From the NCBI GenBank assembly GCA_036679065.1, contig JAZIGN010000003.1:384001-448000 (forward strand): 64,000 nt of DNA, given 5' to 3'. The position numbers and the translations under genes are program-made. This DNA comes from Coprothermobacterota bacterium. GTDB lineage: Bacteria; Coprothermobacterota; Coprothermobacteria; Coprothermobacterales; Coprothermobacteraceae. Below are positions 39,365 to 48,786 of this stretch, piece by piece. Each line of letters starts with the position of its first letter. The stretch's first letter is position 1. The notes beneath the pieces are model-generated. The model saw only the letters and a program-made list of their open reading frames with translations, was not told the origin of the DNA and did no database searches.

Positions 39365-40057
39365 ATGAACTTGTACTACCTGTATTACCTAGAGAGTGGG
39401 GTGGTAGCATTGTTTACCTCAAGAACAGACGCCGCTCAAAAGTTGGCAGATATCCTTTCTGAGTACAAGAGCAGAGACCAAACCATTGTACTTGGCATAT
39501 TACGTGGAGGTGCTGTGCTGGCTCAGACGCTAAGTAGGTGTCTTGGTTTGCCCTGGGACGTACTGGGCATAAAGAAGATAGGTGCTCCTTTTGATCCAGA
39601 ATTGGCTGTCGGGGCTGTTGCGCCTGACGGAATCATATACGTGGACCGGTGGATAAAAGAGCATTATGGAGTCAGCGATGATTACATTGAAGGCACAAAG
39701 GCGAGGAAATTAGTCGAGCTGCGTGATCAACTAAATTACATTAGGGGCTCCTCCAGCTACGAGAACTTGAATAGTATGATCGTTATTGTCACAGACGATG
39801 GCGTGGCAACTGGCGCTACCATGAAAGCCGCGATTAGCTTTGTGAAGAACAACAATGCTCAAAAGATAGTGGTTGCCGTACCGGTTATCTCACCGGAAAC
39901 CTTTGAAGAATTAAGAGGTCTTGCGGATGAGGTTAAGGCTCTGTTGATTCCAGAAGATTTCATGGCAGTGGGCCAATTTTATTTGAATTTTCAACAGGTT
40001 ACTGATGACGAGGTCGCCAAGCTTTATCGCAGCATAAAAGGAGAGAACATTTCTTAA
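39365..40057 (+). CDS. Phosphoribosyltransferase-family protein (start uncertain, possibly ~39410)
   Basis: LGILRGG, KKIGAP.DPELAVGA, PRPP motif VTDDGVATGAT, AVGQFY. Confidence 0.82.
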   Translation: MNLYYLYYLESGVVALFTSRTDAAQKLADILSEYKSRDQTIVLGILRGGAVLAQTLSRCLGLPWDVLGIKKIGAPFDPELAVGAVAPDGIIYVDRWIKEHYGVSDDYIEGTKARKLVELRDQLNYIRGSSSYENLNSMIVIVTDDGVATGATMKAAISFVKNNNAQKIVVAVPVISPETFEELRGLADEVKALLIPEDFMAVGQFYLNFQQVTDDEVAKLYRSIKGENIS

Positions 40058-40186
40058 GTGCTAGGCGTTCGGAATGCAACCTGTGGAATATGGCTGATTA
40101 TTCACGGGATATTGAATTATACTTAACTTGATGGACGTTTGTGCAAGGAGATCTTTTAAAAAAGTGTTCTTAGGAGGTCGGACAAT

Positions 40187-41128
40187 TTGAAAAAGAGAGC
40201 TTTAGTAACGGGTGGGGCAGGGTTCATAGGTAGTCATTTAGTAAAGAGGCTTGTTGCAGAAGGAGCTGAGGTAGTCGTCATAGACGATTTATCCATGGGC
40301 GATGCATCAAAGGTGGATTCGGGAGCTCAACTCATAGCTTTAGATGTTAGAAGTTTGGAAGCTAGCCGCTTGATAAAGGATTTTAAGCCGGATGTAGTAT
40401 TTCATCTGGCAGCTCAAATAAACCTTCGGAGAAGCCTTCAGCAGCCGTTGGAGGATGCTTCCATAAACATTCTGGGTAGCATAAATGTCATGCAGAGCTT
40501 ACTGGAAAGTGCTGAAGACATAAGCAAGGTCAAGTTTGTTTTTTCTTCCACTGGGGGTGCTATTTACGGCGATGTGGATATTTTGCCTACGCCAGAAACC
40601 GTTGAGCCTAATCCTTTATCGCCCTATGGTGTGGCTAAGTTTTCTGTGGAGAAGTACCTTTATTATTACCATATGGTGCATGGTTTGCCCTACGTGGCCC
40701 TCCGTTACAGCAATGTGTATGGACCTGGGCAAAGTACGAAGGGTGAAGCTGGCGTAGTTGCAATTTTCTTAGAAAAAATGCTTGCTGGCGAAACCCCCGT
40801 AATTAACGGAGACGGAACTCAAACCAGAGATTTTGTGTTTGTTGAAGATGTGGTGGATGCTAACATAAAGGCAGCTTGTAGCGATGCAGTGGGTGTGTTT
40901 AACATTGGTACTGGCAGGGAAAGCAGTGTGCTAGACATATTTAGGCTACTCAAGCAGTACGTGGGGAAAGACTTCCCAGAGGTTCATGGCCCTGCCATAC
41001 CAGGGGAACTACAAAGAAGTTGTTTGGACTACGGGAAAGCAAAAGATGTGCTTGGTTGGGAACCAAGGGTCGATTTGGAAGAGGGGCTTGAAATAACCGC
41101 TCAGGCTTTCGCTGAAGAACACAAGTAA
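40187..41128 (+). CDS. NAD-dependent epimerase/dehydratase (UDP-glucose 4-epimerase-like)
   Basis: VTGGAGFIGSH, HLAAQ, SSTGGAIYG, YGVAK, RYSNVYGP, RDFVFV. Confidence 0.88.
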   Translation: MKKRALVTGGAGFIGSHLVKRLVAEGAEVVVIDDLSMGDASKVDSGAQLIALDVRSLEASRLIKDFKPDVVFHLAAQINLRRSLQQPLEDASINILGSINVMQSLLESAEDISKVKFVFSSTGGAIYGDVDILPTPETVEPNPLSPYGVAKFSVEKYLYYYHMVHGLPYVALRYSNVYGPGQSTKGEAGVVAIFLEKMLAGETPVINGDGTQTRDFVFVEDVVDANIKAACSDAVGVFNIGTGRESSVLDIFRLLKQYVGKDFPEVHGPAIPGELQRSCLDYGKAKDVLGWEPRVDLEEGLEITAQAFAEEHK

Positions 41129-41168
41129 AGATCGATTGCTTCTTGATTTGGAGGAGGGATAGTTAGAG

Positions 41169-41375
41169 ATGGTAGCATCTGAGAGGTTTCTTTTGTTCCA
41201 CGGATTCACTGAGGAAGAACTTCACGTTTTAATAAAGACCTGCAAGACACTCTTTCCCGACAAAGATTTGGTTTTCGCTGTAACTACTGAGACGAACATG
41301 CAGTGGAAGGTTTCTGAGCTTATTGAAGAAGTACTTAAGGAACATGAATACATGAAACAGCAAAAGGGGGTGTGA
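41169..41375 (+). CDS. DUF3783-like small protein
   Basis: FAVTTETNMQWKVSELIEEVLKEHEYM pattern; RBS GGAGG. Confidence 0.7.
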   Translation: MVASERFLLFHGFTEEELHVLIKTCKTLFPDKDLVFAVTTETNMQWKVSELIEEVLKEHEYMKQQKGV

Positions 41376-41378
41376 GAT

Positions 41379-41738
41379 TTGGCTGGGACTGTATTGCTTA
41401 TATTGGTAATTGCAGTGGTTGCCGTAGTGTTTGGTATGCAGAACACTACTCCACTCACAATAAGTTTTCTGTTTTGGAGTTTTCAGGGATCAGCAGCTCT
41501 GATTTTGGTTATTTCTATGCTCCTTGGTGTCATATTGGGTGTTTTGCTCGTCATGCCTAGTTTCAATGCTCGTGGGCGCACAGTGAAGAACCTGCGAGAT
41601 GAGATAAAGCAGTTGCAGGACGAGAAATCAAAACTGCAGGAGGACCTGAATCTGACAAAGGACCTGCTAAAAACAGTTAGGCCTGAAACCAAAGCCAACA
41701 ATGAGAACGAACAGAAAGGAGAAGGTCAACCAGAGTAA
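41379..41738 (+). CDS. LapA/DUF1049 family membrane protein
   Basis: TM-FGMQN...ISFLFW-TM followed by a coiled coil. Confidence 0.8.
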   Translation: MAGTVLLILVIAVVAVVFGMQNTTPLTISFLFWSFQGSAALILVISMLLGVILGVLLVMPSFNARGRTVKNLRDEIKQLQDEKSKLQEDLNLTKDLLKTVRPETKANNENEQKGEGQPE

Positions 41739-41802
41739 AGCGGTAGTTTATAATATTAAAGAAATGCTATTAACATTGAATTAAACTTCTTAGGAGGCTG
41801 AT

Positions 41803-42735
41803 ATGATCAGAAGACTACCCGGTCTGGTTGATAGTCATGTCCACGGAGCTGTTGGAAAGTCTGTAATGGATGGCATTTATGCCATCAAAGAAATAGGCGA
41901 ATACCTTGCACTTAACGGTATATATGGCTGGTTTCCTACTACAAGAACCGCACCATGGGATGGCATCCTTGAAGCGGTGAACAATATTGTAATTGCTTCG
42001 CGTCAGCAGTCAAGTGCTGAAGCTAGGATTCTGGGTGTTCATGTAGAAGGACCATTCCTGAACCCCGATTTTCATGGATCACAACCAGTAGAATACATTA
42101 TCAAGCCTTCACTTCAAAAGGCTGAAAAACTTGTGAAAGCAGCCCAAGGATTGCCACTCATTGTTACTTTGGCACCAGAAGCGCCAGGTGCAGCCGAGGT
42201 CATCGATTATCTAGTAAAGAATGGTGCTGTGGTTAGTTTGGGGCACACGGGCGCCACTTATGAACAGATGCAAAGAGCCATTTCCATTGGCGCCAACAGG
42301 GTTACTCATTTGTTCAACTCAATGAAGTTCTTTCACCATAGAGAACCTGGTCCAATTGGAACTGCGTTGTTTTCAGATGCTTATGTGGAACTTATCGTAG
42401 ATGGTGTACATGTTCATCCTGCTACTGTCGGGCTTACTCTGAAGGCGAAAGGGCTTTCAAGAGTAGTTTTTGTGTCCAATGGTACAGAAGGGATGGGCTT
42501 GGAAGATGGGGTGTATGAGCTAGACGGACACGTGCTAAGAGTGGAAAAAGGAGCCGTCTATGAGGATAATACTCTAATGGGGAGCGCTACCAATCTAAAA
42601 GACGGTGTAATCAGTTTGTCCCGCAAGCTTAATATCCCGCTTGAGGACCTTTGGATAACGGCTAGTAGAGCACCCTTGGAAAGTGTAGGACTGGACATAG
42701 ATTTACCTCTCTGCACTGTTTCTGATAGTTACTGA
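41803..42735 (+). CDS. nagA: N-acetylglucosamine-6-phosphate deacetylase-like protein (atypical)
   Basis: PGLVDSHVHG, PTT, HVEGPFL, TLAPE, LGHT, THLFNSM, HHREPG, DGVHVHP; catalytic Asp replaced by Asn. Confidence 0.75.
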   Translation: MIRRLPGLVDSHVHGAVGKSVMDGIYAIKEIGEYLALNGIYGWFPTTRTAPWDGILEAVNNIVIASRQQSSAEARILGVHVEGPFLNPDFHGSQPVEYIIKPSLQKAEKLVKAAQGLPLIVTLAPEAPGAAEVIDYLVKNGAVVSLGHTGATYEQMQRAISIGANRVTHLFNSMKFFHHREPGPIGTALFSDAYVELIVDGVHVHPATVGLTLKAKGLSRVVFVSNGTEGMGLEDGVYELDGHVLRVEKGAVYEDNTLMGSATNLKDGVISLSRKLNIPLEDLWITASRAPLESVGLDIDLPLCTVSDSY

Positions 42736-42778
42736 ATGTGCTTTTGTTATTGGTCCAAGAGAACTGTACGTTTAGGAG

Positions 42779-43408
42779 GTGATAACTCGGTTGACTTGCC
42801 ATGGTGATGAATATGCTGCCTTATCTCCTGTCTTCGACAGGATGAAGAAGGATATCGTATCGATGAACCCTAAACGCATTGGTGTTGTGGGCAGTAGTTT
42901 GCTGGTACAAGAGGTCGTTCCTGATGTAAATGGCTGTACCATCATACTCAATGAGAACGTCCTTAATATGAGTTCCTTGGATCTGTTATTAGTTGATCAT
43001 ATTTTGCCTACCGATACATGTATTGAATTAACGCCAAAGACAGCTAATAAATTGCTCAGGTTAGGTGGAGAGTTGTTGACTACGGATGTTTTGATGACCA
43101 GGTCAGTACCGGGAAATGTGAGAAAGTCTTTGGCTAGGATTGGCTTTATATATACTAGAAAGTCAAAATCACATTATTTGGTAGAAGAAATGGTAGAAGC
43201 CGGATTTTCTTGCTTAAGAGCCGAAGACATAACAGATTTGGTGCGCAATTGGTGGGAGCAAAAAAGACAGGTTTGTTCTTCGCCTTTAGAAGAAAGTTCC
43301 TATGCTTATTTGCTAGACGATGACCGTTATAGTCTGGGGAAAGCTCTGTTCTACTTTTATGTGCACGCTGAGAAGACATATGATCTGGAAGAAGAACTTA
43401 ACAGTTAG
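42779..43408 (+). CDS. Hypothetical protein, weak methyltransferase-like C-terminal features
   Basis: 209-aa ORF; LLRLGGELLTTD and EAGF...EDIT resemble class I MTase segments; start uncertain. Confidence 0.5.
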   Translation: MITRLTCHGDEYAALSPVFDRMKKDIVSMNPKRIGVVGSSLLVQEVVPDVNGCTIILNENVLNMSSLDLLLVDHILPTDTCIELTPKTANKLLRLGGELLTTDVLMTRSVPGNVRKSLARIGFIYTRKSKSHYLVEEMVEAGFSCLRAEDITDLVRNWWEQKRQVCSSPLEESSYAYLLDDDRYSLGKALFYFYVHAEKTYDLEEELNS

Positions 43409-43472
43409 CGTTATACAAGTTAGTGGCGTATGAAGTTGTGCTCTATTATAAACAATGCGTTAAAATGAATGC

Positions 43473-43973
43473 ATGGTGATGGGCACAATATCCGCTGAGC
43501 TTGATGGTGAACAGCTTTATATTACAGTTGATGATAGTAGTGTTTTTTTAGTCGATCCTGAACATGACGTGCGGGAAGAACCTTGGGGGTTTGCTATTGG
43601 ACATAAATCTGCTATGGACATGTCTGTCTACAGATATGCACGGTATGTAGGGAAAAACCTAATTGTTTGCTTTGGGCCATGGAACGGGAATAGTTTTGAA
43701 CTCTTTAATAGAACGTGGGTAGGTGTTCAAGAAAACCAGCTCGTTGCTATTGAGGTTTTCTTCCACGAGGAAGGGAATTTTATTGTTGGCATTGTGCCTG
43801 TGGAGCTTAGTCCTGACAGGACTGGTATCATACAGCCTCTGGAGAATTCTTTATCTATTTCCATGAATGCTGTTTACGAGATTAGGGCGAAATACATGTT
43901 GCCAAAGCTCATGAATACCGATCTTTACCTTAAATATGAGCGCTACCTGTTGGAGGGTCTGAATCATGGTTAG
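43473..43973 (+). CDS. Hypothetical protein
   Basis: 166-aa ORF overlapping the next gene's start; -10 box 6 nt upstream. Confidence 0.55.
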   Translation: MVMGTISAELDGEQLYITVDDSSVFLVDPEHDVREEPWGFAIGHKSAMDMSVYRYARYVGKNLIVCFGPWNGNSFELFNRTWVGVQENQLVAIEVFFHEEGNFIVGIVPVELSPDRTGIIQPLENSLSISMNAVYEIRAKYMLPKLMNTDLYLKYERYLLEGLNHG

Positions 43974-44952
43974 CTGGTGGAGGCGTCAGCGATTAAAAGT
44001 GACGCTTAGCCGAAGCAGCAGCCCAAATCTTTATAGAAGTTTTCTTGATCAACTTCTGCTTAGGAACAGTCAAAATCCGAATATTGTTGCTGCCTTCAAT
44101 ACAGACTTACGTTTTTACGATAATGCATTGGAATTTGCTCATTCGGTGGCTAGTTACATGACGGCAGCCCTGGATAAGGGCGCTGGTGTGATCCTTTTTC
44201 CTGAATACTTCGGAAACCTTTTAATGGGCATTGCTGGTGAGCCTATTGATCTGGATGACCCCAGCACCCTGGAGCTGCTTAGCATGATTTCTCCAATTCT
44301 GTACTCCACCTATGTTGACATTTTTTCGCAGATCTCAGCCAAAACTGATGCTACGATTGTGGCTGGTACGTTGGCCTTTGTGGAGAATGGTAAGTTGGTA
44401 AACCGCACCTTTGTGTTCAGACGAGGGAATGTTATTTTAACTCAGGATAAAGCACATCTCATGCCTATGGAGGAGAAATGGGGTATGAGTAGAGGTTCTC
44501 GCTTAGGACTATTTGATTTAGGAACTCAAAAGGCCGGTGTTTTGGTGTGCATGGATGCTACTTACTATGAGCAATCACGCATACTAGAAAACATGGGGGC
44601 ACGTTTGCTTTTAGTGCCTTCAGCAAACCCTGCACCGTTCTATTTAGGAGAACAAATCAGGGGTGCTTGGGCAAGGGCTCAGACTAGTCAGGTTTTCACG
44701 GTTCAATCCTTCTTAGTAGGGAAATTAGGGGACTACGTATTTGAAGGGAAAGCTGGGGTTTATGCTCCACATGATTACACAGAAGATTTAAGTGGCATCG
44801 TCGCTTTGAGTAAGAAATACAATCAAGAGGAACTTGTTACAGCTGTATTGGATTATGAACGCCTAAACCGGGTGCGGCAGCCACAGGATTTTCGATTCCA
44901 GGCTGAGCTTAGCAAATTCTATCAGAGTAAGCTTCCGTTAGACCGTTTCTGA
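43966..44952 (+). CDS. Carbon-nitrogen hydrolase (nitrilase superfamily)
   Basis: Glu-Lys-Cys triad in FPEY, QDKAHL, VCMD. Confidence 0.8.
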   Translation: MVSWWRRQRLKVTLSRSSSPNLYRSFLDQLLLRNSQNPNIVAAFNTDLRFYDNALEFAHSVASYMTAALDKGAGVILFPEYFGNLLMGIAGEPIDLDDPSTLELLSMISPILYSTYVDIFSQISAKTDATIVAGTLAFVENGKLVNRTFVFRRGNVILTQDKAHLMPMEEKWGMSRGSRLGLFDLGTQKAGVLVCMDATYYEQSRILENMGARLLLVPSANPAPFYLGEQIRGAWARAQTSQVFTVQSFLVGKLGDYVFEGKAGVYAPHDYTEDLSGIVALSKKYNQEELVTAVLDYERLNRVRQPQDFRFQAELSKFYQSKLPLDRF

Positions 44953-45368
44953 CATTCTGGGCAAATGCCGAATACGGACACGGGGTTTTGAGTTAGTTTC
45001 CAATGGTGAATTTTGGCAGCCTTGATAAGGGGATTAATGTTGACTGCCACGACGTCCTGAACTTTTCCACATTCCATGCAGATAAGGTGAGCATGAGGTA
45101 CTTCAGTACCGTCATATAGTGTCTCGGTTTGCGTTGGTATCTCCTGGATTACACCGATATCGGCCAAGTATCGAAGAACATTGTATACAGTGGCTAGTGT
45201 GATGTCTGGAATCGTCTCTCTTATAGCATTATAAATTTGTTGGGCGCTAAAATGCCCTTGATTACTTACTAGAAACTCGTACACAGCAAGCCTTGGCTTG
45301 GTAATACGGTCGCCGTTTCTTTTTATAATGTTTTTGAGATTTTCAATTTTATCTTCTATGGCATTCAT
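44922..45368 (-). CDS. Fur/PerR family transcriptional regulator
   Basis: RITKPR, HFSA, LATVYNVL, HAHLICMECG, CPEC. Confidence 0.9.
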   Translation of the reverse strand: MNAIEDKIENLKNIIKRNGDRITKPRLAVYEFLVSNQGHFSAQQIYNAIRETIPDITLATVYNVLRYLADIGVIQEIPTQTETLYDGTEVPHAHLICMECGKVQDVVAVNINPLIKAAKIHHWKLTQNPVSVFGICPECQKRSNGSLL

Positions 45369-45408
45369 GTATCATATGATATCACAATTTAAGTCTAAAA
45401 TAAATACT

Positions 45409-46137
45409 ATGGTCACGAATTCAAGAAAAGTAAAAATCACTTGTGGCAATGACGAGTTTGTTGTAAAAGGCGTAGTTTTTGACAAAGATGGGGTTCTAAC
45501 GGGAGGCTTTGACCTTTGGAAACAGATATTCTATCTTTATATGAAAGTAGCCTCTCAGAAAGGTTTGTGCGTTGAAAAGGTGGCAATTGACCTTTTTGGC
45601 GTCGATGAAGATCCTTCAATTGCACCGCTGTCTTTGTGCACTATGGAAGAGGCTAAGTGTTTACTAGCTGCAGCTATATGGCTCATGCACAAAATTGATT
45701 GGGCCACGTGCAGAAAACTGTCACAGGAAATTGTAGAAGAAGCGCAAAGGGTTATATCTCCAGAAATGGTTTATTCTCCTTTGCCAGGAGCCAAAGAACT
45801 TCTTACATTGTTAAGTCAGCATGTACCTGTGGCTATAGCAACCTCTGATTCAAGGTCAAATGTGGAAGAGATGTTTAAGTTTTGGCAAGTAGAATTGCCG
45901 ATCATAGTTTCAGCTGAAGATGTGAAAAGAGGGAAGCCGTTTCCAGACATGCTTCTAAAGGTCTCTAGTCTCATGGGAATACCCTGTGAGGATTTAGTGG
46001 TTTTCGGTGATAGCTTGGGTGATGTTCAGATGGCACATGCTGCAGGAGCTAAAGCAGTGGCTGTGGGCATACGTATTCCTGAGGCAGATTCATGGGTACA
46101 ATCTCTTTTAGATGTTAGCGTGGAGGTGCTGGAGTGA
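45409..46137 (+). CDS. HAD-superfamily hydrolase
   Basis: FDKDGVL, ATSD, GKPFPD, FGDSLGD; start ATG 45409. Confidence 0.85.
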   Translation: MVTNSRKVKITCGNDEFVVKGVVFDKDGVLTGGFDLWKQIFYLYMKVASQKGLCVEKVAIDLFGVDEDPSIAPLSLCTMEEAKCLLAAAIWLMHKIDWATCRKLSQEIVEEAQRVISPEMVYSPLPGAKELLTLLSQHVPVAIATSDSRSNVEEMFKFWQVELPIIVSAEDVKRGKPFPDMLLKVSSLMGIPCEDLVVFGDSLGDVQMAHAAGAKAVAVGIRIPEADSWVQSLLDVSVEVLE

Positions 46138-47174
46138 AAGGTAAACTACTCAATTACGATCCTGAAAAAGGGCTATTTCAAATTGAGGCCTGCGTTTATG
46201 AAGGAGGCGGTGGGCAGCCTGCCGACCGAATAAAGATAAAAGGGCCTGGTTTTTACATTGAAAGTGACGAGGCATTCAAAGAGAAGGGTGGTACTTTTTG
46301 GAAGGTTAAGAGCATATCCGGTGAAGTGCCAAAAACAGAAGTGGAAGTTGACGTAGTTATAGACGAGCTTTGGCGCTTAGAAGTGAGCCAGCAGCATACG
46401 GCACAGCATATTTTTTCGGCTTTGGCAGAGCAGCTTTACGGATGGCCCTCAGAGGGTTTTGCGATTTTTGAAGATGAGTCAAAAATTGAACTTCTTGGTG
46501 CTGATGAGGATCCAGAAAAATACGCACAGCTAGAACGTCAGGTTAACGAAGTTATCTTAAGGCAAATCCCAGTACGTGTGTATGTAACTGAAGAAGTCGA
46601 TGAAAAGCTTAGGAAACACACAGACTATGAACATCCTCGCATTGTGGAAATCGAGGGGATTGACAAGTGTGCCTGCGGCGGTACGCATGTTACCAATACT
46701 GGCTACGTTGGCGGTTTCGCCATATTAAAGGTGGAAAGGAAGAACACACGCTATGTCAGAGTGATTTTTGCTGCTGGAATCCGGTTAGCTCGCATAGCCA
46801 AGAATTACATAGAAAGGGAGCAGAAACTAAAGAATTTGCTTACCGGGGATGTTGAAGAGAGGGTATTCCAACTGCTAGAGCAGAAGAAACAGCTGGAACT
46901 CGAGAAGAAGAATCTGTTGGAACTTGTGAAAGTCCAAATCGCTCAAAGCGATGAAGTCTTTTGGAGAAACCTACCATTGGATATGCAAAGTATGAAGCAA
47001 ATAGCTGCGTACTGTAATGAGAAGGGTAAAGATATTGTGCTCGTGAACCAAGAAGGGTATTTCGCCATGGGAGGACCGAATGCTAACATGCACTTTGAGG
47101 CGTTCAGGGAGAAAGGTGCCAGTGGTGGTGGAAAAGGAGTAATAACGGGAAAGCTAACGAACAATGATAAATAG
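46134..47174 (+). CDS. AlaX-type alanyl-tRNA editing protein
   Basis: GGGQPAD, QHTAQHIFS, CACGGTHV, C-terminal GGG. Confidence 0.8.
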   Translation: MKGKLLNYDPEKGLFQIEACVYEGGGGQPADRIKIKGPGFYIESDEAFKEKGGTFWKVKSISGEVPKTEVEVDVVIDELWRLEVSQQHTAQHIFSALAEQLYGWPSEGFAIFEDESKIELLGADEDPEKYAQLERQVNEVILRQIPVRVYVTEEVDEKLRKHTDYEHPRIVEIEGIDKCACGGTHVTNTGYVGGFAILKVERKNTRYVRVIFAAGIRLARIAKNYIEREQKLKNLLTGDVEERVFQLLEQKKQLELEKKNLLELVKVQIAQSDEVFWRNLPLDMQSMKQIAAYCNEKGKDIVLVNQEGYFAMGGPNANMHFEAFREKGASGGGKGVITGKLTNNDK

Positions 47175-47435
47175 CATGCTTTTTAACCCCAAAAATGAGC
47201 GAATAGGTTTGGGACGTTAAAACAATTTGGCAAGATTATCAACTTTGTCCACAACATCACTGCAATAGGTAGCAAAAGGTTAAAGTTTTCCTCAAAAAGA
47301 GGAACTTGGGGTATGTTTCTGTGAGACCAAATAGAAAGGGAAACACAGTTACAGTTTCGTCAAGATCTTAGTATGAGATAAGGAACGCAAATTGACAGGT
47401 GAGAATGTGGCTACGCTAGGGGCCTACGGCAGCAG

Positions 47436-48050
47436 CTACAAAGGGAAGGACAACAAATCAAGAATACCTGCTGGGTTGGATATGACAAATCCCTTTCCAA
47501 AGTCATCTACTTCAATTTTGGCGAGTCCAAGGTTTTCGATTCTCAGAATGGCTGTTTTTTCATAAGGAAGCTCCAATATATATCTGAGCATGGTGGTTAT
47601 GGCAATGCCATGGCTCACAAGCAAGGCGTTCGTGTTCTTGGCGATGATTTCCTGCAACAGTGCACTGGTACGTTTCTCAACATCTTGATAGGTTTCTCCT
47701 CCCGGTATGGGCACAGCATAAGGATTTGCCCACCATTTTGCCATGAATTCCGTTTCTTCTTTCATAAGTTCAGGAACCTTTCTCCCTTCCCAATGTCCGC
47801 AGTCTGCTTCAATAATCCTTTCATCGACCTCAAAAGGTATGCCTGTTCGCTCATTAATCATTTCGGCTACGATTTTGGCCCGCTGCAAGGGACTGGTGTA
47901 AATAATGTCAATGGGCAATTTGCATAGGACTGGCAAAGCCTTTTCTAAGCTTTCTTTACCTTTCTTACTAACAGGTATGTCTGTTCTACCTTGAAAACGC
48001 CATTCACCATTCCAGTCTGTTTCTGGATGTCTGAGTAAATATATCTTCAT
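47436..48050 (-). CDS. Histidine phosphatase family protein, copy A
   Basis: LLRHPETDWN, SPLQRA, E...G.WEG, GGE, VSHG. Confidence 0.85.
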   Translation of the reverse strand: MKIYLLRHPETDWNGEWRFQGRTDIPVSKKGKESLEKALPVLCKLPIDIIYTSPLQRAKIVAEMINERTGIPFEVDERIIEADCGHWEGRKVPELMKEETEFMAKWWANPYAVPIPGGETYQDVEKRTSALLQEIIAKNTNALLVSHGIAITTMLRYILELPYEKTAILRIENLGLAKIEVDDFGKGFVISNPAGILDLLSFPL

Positions 48051-48115
48051 GGGTAAATTATACCTGACCTTCAAAGGACCCAAAGGAACTTAGTGTTCTT
48101 GCTAATCGCTTCATG

Positions 48116-48730
48116 TCAGTGTAAGGAGAGAGCTATTTGTAGTTCATGTGCTGGGTTCACTACGGAGTATGCAATGCCGTTTGCATCTACTTCCAGCTTC
48201 ACTAACCCTAAATTCTCGATGTGCAGTACTCGAGCATGTGTTTTCGGTATTTGGAGTATGGATCTGAGCATGGTGGTTATGGCAATACCGTGGCTTACTA
48301 CTAAGGCGTTTTTCCCATCACTGGTGATGTCCTTTAGGAAAGCTGTGGTGCGATTTTCCACGTCTTGGTAACTTTCTCCTCCAGGGAGGCGAAAATCGTA
48401 TGGGTTTGATTTCCACAAATCAAACAGTTCAGGTTCCTCAATTGCCAGAGTTTGCGCAACTTTTCCTTCCCACCGTCCGCAATTTACTTCTATAATGCGT
48501 GGGTCTTCTAACATGGGCAGACCGGTGGCTTGACTAACGCTTTGTGCCACTACTCTTGCCCTTTTAAGTGGGCTGGTGTAAACAATCTGCACAGGCAGAG
48601 TGGTTAAGAAGGGTAGCGTCTTCTCCAATTGTTCCATACCGGTTTTGTTTATGGGGATGTCAGTCTGTCCTTGGAATCGTCCCTGTCTGTTCCAGTCTGT
48701 TTCTGGATGTCTGAGTAAATATATCTGCAT
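48116..48730 (-). CDS. Histidine phosphatase family protein, copy B
   Basis: LLRHPETDWN, SPLKRA, GGES, VSHG. Confidence 0.85.
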   Translation of the reverse strand: MQIYLLRHPETDWNRQGRFQGQTDIPINKTGMEQLEKTLPFLTTLPVQIVYTSPLKRARVVAQSVSQATGLPMLEDPRIIEVNCGRWEGKVAQTLAIEEPELFDLWKSNPYDFRLPGGESYQDVENRTTAFLKDITSDGKNALVVSHGIAITTMLRSILQIPKTHARVLHIENLGLVKLEVDANGIAYSVVNPAHELQIALSLH

Positions 48731-48786
48731 AATCACATTGTATGACCGTTTTCTTTTGGAGGTTTAAAAGGAGTGTTAACTACAAG

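Noticed and set aside
47175..47435. 260-bp gap between convergent genes, examined for ncRNA
   Set aside because: No convincing promoter-terminator pair or recognisable RNA motif
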